The notes beneath the pieces were generated by a model. That model did no database searches and was not told the origin of the DNA. It was given only the letters and a program-made list of their open reading frames with translations. From Vulcanimicrobiota bacterium (GTDB lineage: Bacteria > Vulcanimicrobiota > Vulcanimicrobiia > Vulcanimicrobiales > Vulcanimicrobiaceae), in NCBI GenBank assembly GCA_963791645.1, contig CAWBTJ010000050.1, forward strand, positions 3,277-67,276: a DNA stretch of 64,000 bases, read 5' to 3'. This document shows, one piece after another, positions 9,216 to 17,075 of the stretch. The first letter of the stretch is position 1. Each line of letters starts with the position of its first letter. A program made the position numbers and the translations under genes.

Positions 9216-11338
9216 GTTTCTTCGGACTGAACGTCATCGGGAGCGCGGTCGACGCGTTTCAGCAAGCCGCCGATACGACGTCGAACAACATCGCGAACGT
9301 GAACACGCCCGGCGCGTCGCGCCAGGTCGTGAACTTGAGCGAGGCCGCGCCGATCACCGGCTCGCCCGGCTACGCCACCTGGAGCGGCCCGGGCACCAAG
9401 GGCGACGGCGTGCTGGTCGACTCGATCACGCGCATCCACATGGACTCCTACGACAGCCTGTTCCGCGGCGCATCCGCGTCGCAGAGCTACTTCGACGTGC
9501 AGCAGCAGCAGCTCTCGGCGATCCAGTCGTCGTTCGGCGAGCCTTCCAACGGCGTGAACAAAGCGTTCACCGACCTTCAGACCGCGATCTCGCAGCTCGC
9601 GTCGAATCCGGGCGGCACGTCGGAGCGCCAAGGCGTGATCTCGGCGTCGCAAGCGTTCGTGAGTGCGCTCAACCGCGTCGGCTCGGCGATCCAGACCTCG
9701 CAGTCGACCGTGCTCGGCCAGGCCGCGAACGTCGTCACGCAAGCCAACGCGCTCATCGACAAGATCGCCGCGCTCAACGGCCAGATCCGCGCGTCCAAAG
9801 CCGTCGGCGACAACCCGAACACGTACCAGGACCAGCGCGACCTGTACGTCGACCAGCTCTCGAAGCTGCTCTCGACGCAGACTGCGATTCAGGCGAACGG
9901 CTCGGCGCTGGTCACCGTCGGCGGCCGCGCGCTCGTCAACGACACGCAGGCGTACCACCTCGCGTCGCCGGTCGTCGGTACCGACGCATCGGGCAACGCG
10001 ACGCTCGTGATCGGCCTGCAAGGCGATCCGAACCCGTCCAACCCCGTGCCGGTCGCGCTCGGCAGCGGCCAGCTCGCGGGCTACGTCGACGTCTACAACA
10101 AGAACCTCACGCCGTACGGCCGCCAGCTCGACGCGTTCGCAAACGCGGCGGCGACCGAGATCAACCGCGTCACGCAGGCCGGCTACGACCGCAACGGCAA
10201 CCCGGGGATCGCGCTGCTGCAGCCGGTCATCGCCTCGCAGGCGATCACGGCGAGCAACATCCAAGTCGGCATCACCGATCCCGCGCAGATGGCCGCCGCG
10301 CTCGCCTCGACCGCCGCCGGCTCGCTGACCGCCGGGATGAACGCCGCGAACATGACGATCGACACCGCGAGCGCACTGGTCGGCAACGTGAACCTGGCGC
10401 ACCCCGGCGCGGCGGGCCCGCCGACGACGGGTTCGCTCACCGTGCTGGTCGACGGCGCGGCGCAGACGTTCAACTACGACTTCAGCGCCGGCAACAACGC
10501 CGCGTCGGTCGATGCGTTCGTGACGAACTTCAACGCGGCGCAGCTCGGCGTCAGCGCGAAATTCGACGCGGTTGCGCAGAAGATCGTGTTCGCCCGCGAC
10601 CCGAACAACACGGGCCCGGCGCACCGCGCGCTGCAAGGCGCGAACCCCACCACCCCGGACTTCACGATCACCGACTCCAACGCGGCCGCCGGCGGAAGCC
10701 AGGGCACGCCGACGCGCTCGCTGCTCGAGATGCTGGGCGCGACGGCGATCAGCGGCGTCAAGCAGGACGCGAGCAACGCGTTCGGCGCCGGCGACAACGG
10801 CGCCGCGAACGCGCTGCTCAAGCTGTTCACGAAGAACGTCGGCGCGCCGGCGTTGCAGACGACCGCGGGCAACCTGGCCGCGACCGTGCCGGGCGCGGTC
10901 ACCGTGCCGGGTGCGTCGCTCCAAGCGTTCGCGCAGGTCGACGTGGGCCAGCTGCTGACGATCGACGCCGGGACTGCGAACCAGGAGAACGTCGTCGTCT
11001 CCGCGGTCAACCGCGTCACCGGCACGATCACGTTCACCGCGGCGAACGCGCACGGTATCAACTTCTCCGTTGCGACCGCGCCGGCGCAGACGCTGGGCGC
11101 GTATTACGGCGGCCTCGTCGGCCGGCTCGGCACCGACACGGCCAACGCGATCACCGGCAACGGCGCGCAGACGCAGCTCGCCGCGGGCATTGACAAAGTG
11201 CGCCAGGGCATCGCCGGCATCAACCTCGACGAAGAGACGCAGAACCTGATCCGGTACCAGAACTCCTACCAGGCGGCGGCGCGCACGATGAACGTGCTCG
11301 ACACGCTCTTGCAGACCGCCATCGGCCTGCTCAAATAG
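9212..11338 (+). CDS. flgK: hook-associated protein FlgK
   Basis: TTSNNIANVNTPGASRQ, DQRD, GINLDEETQNLIRYQNSYQAAAR. Confidence 0.96.
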   Translation: MSFFGLNVIGSAVDAFQQAADTTSNNIANVNTPGASRQVVNLSEAAPITGSPGYATWSGPGTKGDGVLVDSITRIHMDSYDSLFRGASASQSYFDVQQQQLSAIQSSFGEPSNGVNKAFTDLQTAISQLASNPGGTSERQGVISASQAFVSALNRVGSAIQTSQSTVLGQAANVVTQANALIDKIAALNGQIRASKAVGDNPNTYQDQRDLYVDQLSKLLSTQTAIQANGSALVTVGGRALVNDTQAYHLASPVVGTDASGNATLVIGLQGDPNPSNPVPVALGSGQLAGYVDVYNKNLTPYGRQLDAFANAAATEINRVTQAGYDRNGNPGIALLQPVIASQAITASNIQVGITDPAQMAAALASTAAGSLTAGMNAANMTIDTASALVGNVNLAHPGAAGPPTTGSLTVLVDGAAQTFNYDFSAGNNAASVDAFVTNFNAAQLGVSAKFDAVAQKIVFARDPNNTGPAHRALQGANPTTPDFTITDSNAAAGGSQGTPTRSLLEMLGATAISGVKQDASNAFGAGDNGAANALLKLFTKNVGAPALQTTAGNLAATVPGAVTVPGASLQAFAQVDVGQLLTIDAGTANQENVVVSAVNRVTGTITFTAANAHGINFSVATAPAQTLGAYYGGLVGRLGTDTANAITGNGAQTQLAAGIDKVRQGIAGINLDEETQNLIRYQNSYQAAARTMNVLDTLLQTAIGLLK

Positions 11339-11346
11339 AGGGATAG

Positions 11347-12696
11347 ATGCGCATCGCAACTTCGACCATCTACGCGCAGCAGACCGCCGCGATCGACGAC
11401 CAGCAGGCGCTGTACGCGCAGACCGGTCTCCAGCTCTCCACGGGACACCAGCTCAACGATCCGAGCGACGACCCGGCGCGCATCGCGCAAGATCTCTCCG
11501 TGCGCAGCGCGATCGACGCGAACGGCCAGCAGTCGAAGAACGTGCAAAGCGCGGTCTCGGAGCTGACGACGACGGACAGCGCGCTGAGCAGCCTCACCGC
11601 GGTGATGCAAAGCGCGCGCCAGCTCGCCATCCAAGGCTCGAGCGATTCGCTCACGTCACAGCAGCGCGCGGCGCTCGGCAGCCAGATCGATCAGCTGTTG
11701 CAGCAGGCCGTCGCGATCGGCAACACGTCGTACGCGGGCCGCTACGTGTTCGGCGGCACGACGTCGGGCGCGACCCCGCCCGTGCAGCAGCAGGGCAATC
11801 CCATCGCCGGCGTCAGCTTCGCGGGCAACGAGCAAGAGCAGGGGCAGCTGGTCTACAACGGCCAGGAGTTCGCCCTCTCGACCACGTTCCAAGCCGCGTT
11901 CAACTACCGATCGACGGACGGCTCGCCCGACGTGTTCCAGACGCTGATCTCATTGCGCGACACGCTGGTGAAGGGAACCGTCGTCGACCAGAGCGCCGCG
12001 GCGATCAACAAAGCGGGCGCGGTCGTGTACGGCCCGCAGGGTCTGCCGGCATCGCCCGCGCCGACCACGCTCGGCACGCCGAACGCGTTCGCCGTGACGC
12101 CGGCCGCCGACAGCACCGGCAACTTTTCGATCAACATCAACGGCTCGGTCAACGGCGTCCAGAGCATCGCCACCATCACGCTGGCGCCGGGCGCGGCGAT
12201 CGACGACGGCGTCGCGCCGCCGCTGGGCACCAGCCTGGTCGCGAAAATCAACGCGGCGACCGCGACGACCGGCGTAACCGCGTCGTTCGATGCGAAGGCG
12301 CAGAGGGTCGTGCTCAGCGGCACGGGCAGCTTCTACGTGACCGACGTGCCGTCGGCCGGCGCGACGAACAGCGCGAACCTCACCAAGGTCCTGAACCTCG
12401 CGCCGCAGGCCGACTTCGTGCAAAACGTCTCCACGCAGCTGGGCGACATCGACCATGCGCTCAACGGCGTGCTGGGCGCTCGCTCGGTCATCGGCGCGCG
12501 GATCCAGGCGCTGGGGTCGATCTCGGATCAACTCCAGACCGCCGCGACCGATAATACGAAGGTGAAGTCCGGGATCGAGGACGTGAACGTCGCCGCGGCG
12601 GCCACGAAGCTCTCCGCGACACAGACGGCCCTGCAGGCCGCGTACTCGACGACCAATCGTCTCGAGTCCAAGACCCTCTTCGACTACTTGAGCTGA
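11347..12696 (+). CDS. flgL: hook-associated protein FlgL
   Basis: MRIATS, QLSTGHQLNDPSDDP, GRYVFGG, C-terminal TLFDYLS. Confidence 0.96.
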   Translation: MRIATSTIYAQQTAAIDDQQALYAQTGLQLSTGHQLNDPSDDPARIAQDLSVRSAIDANGQQSKNVQSAVSELTTTDSALSSLTAVMQSARQLAIQGSSDSLTSQQRAALGSQIDQLLQQAVAIGNTSYAGRYVFGGTTSGATPPVQQQGNPIAGVSFAGNEQEQGQLVYNGQEFALSTTFQAAFNYRSTDGSPDVFQTLISLRDTLVKGTVVDQSAAAINKAGAVVYGPQGLPASPAPTTLGTPNAFAVTPAADSTGNFSININGSVNGVQSIATITLAPGAAIDDGVAPPLGTSLVAKINAATATTGVTASFDAKAQRVVLSGTGSFYVTDVPSAGATNSANLTKVLNLAPQADFVQNVSTQLGDIDHALNGVLGARSVIGARIQALGSISDQLQTAATDNTKVKSGIEDVNVAAAATKLSATQTALQAAYSTTNRLESKTLFDYLS

Positions 12697-12709
12697 GGCA
12701 GTAACGAGC

Positions 12710-13192
12710 GTGACGGAAACCATCGTGGAGTTCGCCGACCGGGAGATCGCTCTCGACCTGCCGCGGTTCGGCGCGTGCACCTACCGCGAGTCCGAGGTGA
12801 TCGCGTTCCCGTGGGGCCTCCCCGGCTTCGCGACGCTGCATCGCTTCGTCGCCCTGAGCCTCGCGGGCCAGGAGAAGTTCGTCTGGCTCCAGAGCCTGGA
12901 CGATCTTTCGATCGCACTCCCGACGGCCGACCCGTGGCAGATCTTCGACGACTACGCCCCGCAGCTGCCGCCCTACGCCGTGAGCTCGCTGAACCTGGAC
13001 CGCCCAGAGGACTTCGTGACCCTGTGCGTCGTCGTCGTATCGCCGGGCGCCGAGGAGATGACGATGAACCTCCTGGCGCCCGTGGTCGTCAACCTGCAGA
13101 CCCGAACGGGCCGGCAGGTGACGCTGGAGACCGGCGGCTACTCGATCCGCACGCCGATCCCGCGCAAAGCTCCAAGTCCAGCGGGAGCGTAA
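12710..13192 (+). CDS. fliW: flagellar assembly factor FliW
   Basis: FPWGLPGF, WLQSLDD, TMNLLAPVVVN. Confidence 0.95.
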   Translation: MTETIVEFADREIALDLPRFGACTYRESEVIAFPWGLPGFATLHRFVALSLAGQEKFVWLQSLDDLSIALPTADPWQIFDDYAPQLPPYAVSSLNLDRPEDFVTLCVVVVSPGAEEMTMNLLAPVVVNLQTRTGRQVTLETGGYSIRTPIPRKAPSPAGA

Positions 13193-13197
13193 GGCCG

Positions 13198-13250
13198 CTA
13201 GCAGGAAAGGCGCCCTCCGTGAAAGCCACGGAGGGCGTCCTCGTTGCTAG
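13198..13250 (+). promoter_or_regulatory. hairpin sequestering the csrA ribosome-binding site
   Basis: CGCCCTCCGTG-aaagc-CACGGAGGGCG contains GGAGG (13230-34); outer CTAGCA/TGCTAG pairing overlaps the TTG start. Confidence 0.55.
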
Positions 13251-13504
13251 TCCTCAGCCGTAAGCTCAACCAAGCGATCATGATCGGTGATGACGTACGA
13301 ATCGTCGTCGTCGCGGTCGATCGCGATACCGTCAAGCTGGGGATCGAAGCGCCGCGGACGATCCCGGTTCATCGCTCCGAGGTCTACGAAGAGATCCAGC
13401 GGACGAACCGCGCCGCGGCGGGCGAAACGGACACGCCGCCCGCCGAAGGAGCGAAGGTCGCCGACCTCGGCGGCAAGGGTCGCAAACCGACGGTTAAGGA
13501 CTAA
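13244..13504 (+). CDS. csrA: carbon storage regulator CsrA
   Basis: MLVLSRKLNQAIMIGDD...VKLGIEAP...VHRSEVYEEI. Confidence 0.97.
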   Translation: MLVLSRKLNQAIMIGDDVRIVVVAVDRDTVKLGIEAPRTIPVHRSEVYEEIQRTNRAAAGETDTPPAEGAKVADLGGKGRKPTVKD

Positions 13505-13529
13505 AGTCCTCCGCCGGTTTCGCCGACCG
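13502..13529 (+). promoter_or_regulatory. sigma28-like promoter of flagellin
   Basis: TAAAG-N15-GCCGACCG. Confidence 0.7.
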
Positions 13530-13536
13530 TTCAACA

Positions 13537-13586
13537 CAGGGCGGGCCAGGACGCGCCCGTCTGACACACGTGTGATCATGGAGGAA
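13537..13586 (+). promoter_or_regulatory. fliC leader with putative CsrA sites
   Basis: CAGGA in a hairpin loop (13547-51) and ATGGAGG overlapping the SD. Confidence 0.55.
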
Positions 13587-13590
13587 ACAC

Positions 13591-14832
13591 ATGCCGGGAA
13601 TTGGTGGGCTTTCAATCGCCAACAATCTGTTGGCGAACAGCGCAGGCCTCAATCTCAATCGTAACCAGAACTCGCTCCACACGGCCGTAACGCGGCTGTC
13701 GAGCGGGCTTCGCATCAACACCGCGGCGGACGATCCGTCCGGTCTCGCGATCGCCGAGTCGCTGCAAGCGCAGGTCAACGGTTTCGACCAGGGCGCGCGC
13801 AACGTGCAGGACGCGACGAACGCGGCGCAAGTCGCCGAAGGCGCACTGCAAACCTCGACGGACATCCTGCAGCGCATTCGCACCCTCGCGGTCGAAGGCG
13901 CGTCGGACATCACGTCGACGGACGACCGCAAGAACTTGCAGGCTGAGGTCCAGCAGCTGCTGCTGGAAGTCAACCGCATCTCGCAGAACACGAACTTCAA
14001 CGGACAGAATCTGCTCGACGGCTCGCACGCGGGCTTCCAGCAGCAGATCGACGTCAACGCTGTCGTCACGTCGAACTCCAACCTCGCGGCCGGCGGCACG
14101 CTCGTCGACGCGACGCAGATCTCGTACGTTTCGAACGCGTCGAACGCGACCGTTGCCGACGGCACGATCGAAGTCCAGGTCGCCCAGCTCAACTCGACGA
14201 CCCAAGGCCTCATCGTCTCGTTCTACAACAGCTCCGCGAACTCGGTCTCCTCGCAGACCATCACGCTGGCTTCCGGCGTCGCCGCCGCAAACATCGCGGT
14301 GGACGGCGTGACGATCGGCTTCGGCGTGGCCGGTACCCTCGACGTCGGCGTCACGTCGTTCGTCAAGGTCAGCCAGTACGTCGCGGCTGCCTCGAACCCG
14401 AACGCTCCGGCGTTCAACTTCCAGTCGGGCGCGGCGGAAGGTGCGGTCATCCAGGTCGGCTTCATCAACACGTCGACCAACTCGCTCCGCATCGCCAACG
14501 TCAACCTGATCGGGCCGCCGAATGCCGGCGGTACGTACGCCAACGGCTCGCTCGCGTCGGAAGACTCGATCGGCCAGATCGACAACGCCCTGCAGAAGGT
14601 GCTCGCGCAGCGCGCACAGCTCGGCGCGACGATCGTCCGGCTCCAGGAAGACCAGAACAACGACAACGTCGCCTCGGTCAACCTCAAGGCGTCGGAGTCC
14701 GCGATCCGCGACCTCAACGTCGGCCAGGAGACCACCGAGTACACGAAGCTCCAGATCCTGGTGCAGGTCGGTACGTCGGTCCTCGCGCAGGCGAACCAGA
14801 ACGCGCAGTCGGTCATCAGCCTGTTCAGGTAA
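13591..14832 (+). CDS. fliC: flagellin
   Basis: RLSSGLRINTAADDPSGLAI, RAQLGA, ASESAIRD, SVLAQANQ. Confidence 0.98.
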   Translation: MPGIGGLSIANNLLANSAGLNLNRNQNSLHTAVTRLSSGLRINTAADDPSGLAIAESLQAQVNGFDQGARNVQDATNAAQVAEGALQTSTDILQRIRTLAVEGASDITSTDDRKNLQAEVQQLLLEVNRISQNTNFNGQNLLDGSHAGFQQQIDVNAVVTSNSNLAAGGTLVDATQISYVSNASNATVADGTIEVQVAQLNSTTQGLIVSFYNSSANSVSSQTITLASGVAAANIAVDGVTIGFGVAGTLDVGVTSFVKVSQYVAAASNPNAPAFNFQSGAAEGAVIQVGFINTSTNSLRIANVNLIGPPNAGGTYANGSLASEDSIGQIDNALQKVLAQRAQLGATIVRLQEDQNNDNVASVNLKASESAIRDLNVGQETTEYTKLQILVQVGTSVLAQANQNAQSVISLFR

Positions 14833-15068
14833 GAGCGCTCTCAACGAGCGCTCTTACCCTCCCGCGGCTGCGCCGCGGTCCGAATAGGGAGAGGTTGAAT
14901 GGAAAGAGGGTCCGCTCCGGCGGGCCCTCTCTCTTTTGTTCGCTCTTGACGAGCGAACGAAAAGCTCCCGTAGCGGCGGCGCCGCCCCGGTCCGAATAAG
15001 GAGGTTTGAGCGCTCTCGACGAGCGCTCGAAACCCTCCCGGGGCTTCGCCCCGGTCCGAATAAGGAAG
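14828..15068. repeat. three tandem ~65-70 nt palindromic (REP-like or structured RNA) units
   Basis: Units at ~14828-14892, 14933-15004 and 15003-15068: CGCTC-TYRAC-GAGCG hairpin, CTCCCG, GC hairpin, CGGTCCGAATARGGA. Confidence 0.85.
14902..14940 (+). terminator. intrinsic terminator after fliC
   Basis: AGAGGGTCCGC-tccg-GCGGGCCCTCT followed by CTCTTTTGTT. Confidence 0.8.
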
Positions 15069-15088
15069 TCTAAGCGGGCATCCGATAC
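15061..15088 (+). promoter_or_regulatory. sigma28-like promoter of the glycosyltransferase genes
   Basis: TAAGG-N15-TCCGATAC, 7 nt before GTG 15096. Confidence 0.65.
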
Positions 15089-15095
15089 CGTAAGG

Positions 15096-17073
15096 GTGCC
15101 GTTAGAGATCGTCGACGACTACCGCGACAGCGCGTTCGCGCGGGCCCAGACCGGGCTGCTGTTCAACCTTCCCGTGCCGCCGCCGGAGCGCGAGCAGCTG
15201 CCCGCCGGCATCAGCTTGTGCATGATCGTGAAGAACGAGGAGCGCTTCCTCGCCGAGTGTCTGCGCAGCGTGTGCGACGTCGTCGACGAGATCAACGTCG
15301 TCGACACCGGCTCCACCGATCGCACGGTCGAGATCGCGCGCGAGTTCGGCGCGAACATCATCCATCGCGAGTGGCGCAACGACTTCGGCTGGGCGCGCAA
15401 CGAGTCGCTCGCGCTCGCGACGCGGCGCTGGACGCTCGTGCTCGACGCGGACGAAGAGATCGCGCCCGAATCGCTCGCGCTGCTGCGCGCGCTGCGCGAG
15501 ACGCCCGCCGGCATCACCGGCGTCTACGTGCGCATTCAAAACCTCGTCGACGACCAGTCGGGCGCCGCGTCGACGATGACGCACATCCTGCCGCGGCTGT
15601 TTCCGACCAAGCCGCGGCTGCGCTACCGCAACGTGATCCACGAGAGCGTCGTCGTCGACGGCACGGAGCACCTGCAGTCGGTCGTGTCGCCGATCGTCAT
15701 CCGGCACAAGGGCTACACCGCCGCGATGATGGACGGCCGCGCGAAGACCGAGCGCAACCAGCCGCTGCTCGAGCGCGCGATCCGCGAAGCCGCGGACGAC
15801 GCGTTCTCGTGGTTCAACTTCGGCATCTCCGCGATCGTCGCCGGCGACTACGAGGGCGGCATCGCCGCGCTCGAGCGCATGTTCGCGATGCCCGGGCCCG
15901 CAGCGCGCGTTCTTTCCGATCGGCTACGTCATGCTGGCCGACGCGTACGCCGAAGGCCGCGACGACGTCGAGAAAGGGATCGCGATCCTCGACGACGGCC
16001 TCGAGCGCACGCCCGACCACCCGAACATCCTGTTCATGCGCGGCTTCCTGCTGTCGCTGCTCGCGCGCTACGACGAGTCGCGCGCGTGGTACGAGAAGTC
16101 GATGGCCGGCGCGTTCCAGGCCGAGCAGCACTCGATGGTCGACGACGAGATCTGGATCTGGAAAGCGCCGCTGAACATCGCGACCACCTACGTCAAGGAA
16201 AGCCGCGTCGAGGAAGCGATCCCGTGGTTCGAGCGCGCCCAGGCGAACAAGCCGGACTCGCCCGTGCTGCGCGGTCTCGTCGCGAGCGCGTACGAGCGCG
16301 TCGGCCGCTACTACGATGCGGAGCGCATGTTCCGCGAAGCCGCCGAACGCGACGGCGACGCCGGTTTCATGACGTACGTGAACTACCTCATGCGCCGCCG
16401 GCGGTTCTTCGAGGCGTTCGACCGCGTGGAGCACCGGCGCGATGCGGTCGACGACCGCGCGTACGCCGCGCTGCTGATCTCGGCCGCGCAGACGACGCGC
16501 GACGAGCGGCTCGGCGACCCGGAACCGTACGCGCGCCGCGCGCTCGAGCTCGTGCCGGGCGACGGCCTCGCGCTGGGGCTGCTCGAGTCGCTCTACGCGT
16601 CGCGCGGCGAAACGGTCAATCTGGCCGCCTTGCGCGCCGCGGAGATGGACGCGGCGCTCGCGAGCCCGGCGGACTACTCGCGCCGCTCGCACCGGCTGCT
16701 CGAAGAGCAGCGGCTCGACGATGCGCTCGCCGTCGCGCGCGAAGGCTTGGCGCTCGCGCCGCACGACGGCGTGCTCGCGTACAACGCCGCGCTCGCCGCC
16801 GCGCGGCTGCGCCGCGACGACGAAGCGCTCGCGCACCTCGACGCGATCTCGCGCGACGACGCGCACGCGACGTCGTCGCTCGCCCTGCGCGCGGAGATCC
16901 AGCGGCGGGCCGGCGATCTCGACGCCGCCGTCGCCACGCTCGAACGCGTGCGCACGCTCGCCGCGCCCGACGAGACGGCGCTGCGCCACGCGACGCTCGG
17001 CCTCGCGACCGCGCTGCTCGAAGCCGGCCGGGTCGCCGACGCCGGGAAGCTCGCCGCGTTCGTTCTGAACTAG
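15096..17073 (+). CDS. GT2 glycosyltransferase with TPR repeats (flagellin-glycosyltransferase type), frameshift near 15895
   Basis: ISLCMIVKNEE, VVDTGSTD, DFGWARN, LVLDADE, IHE, HKGY; TPR-like C-terminus continues in the 15931-17073 frame. Confidence 0.88.
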
Positions 17074-17075
17074 CG

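Noticed and set aside
14828-15068. CRISPR array or HDV-like ribozyme reading of the post-fliC repeats
   Set aside because: No constant repeat with unique spacers and no cas genes; the CGAAU-GGGA resemblance lacks the nested P1/P3 pseudoknot order
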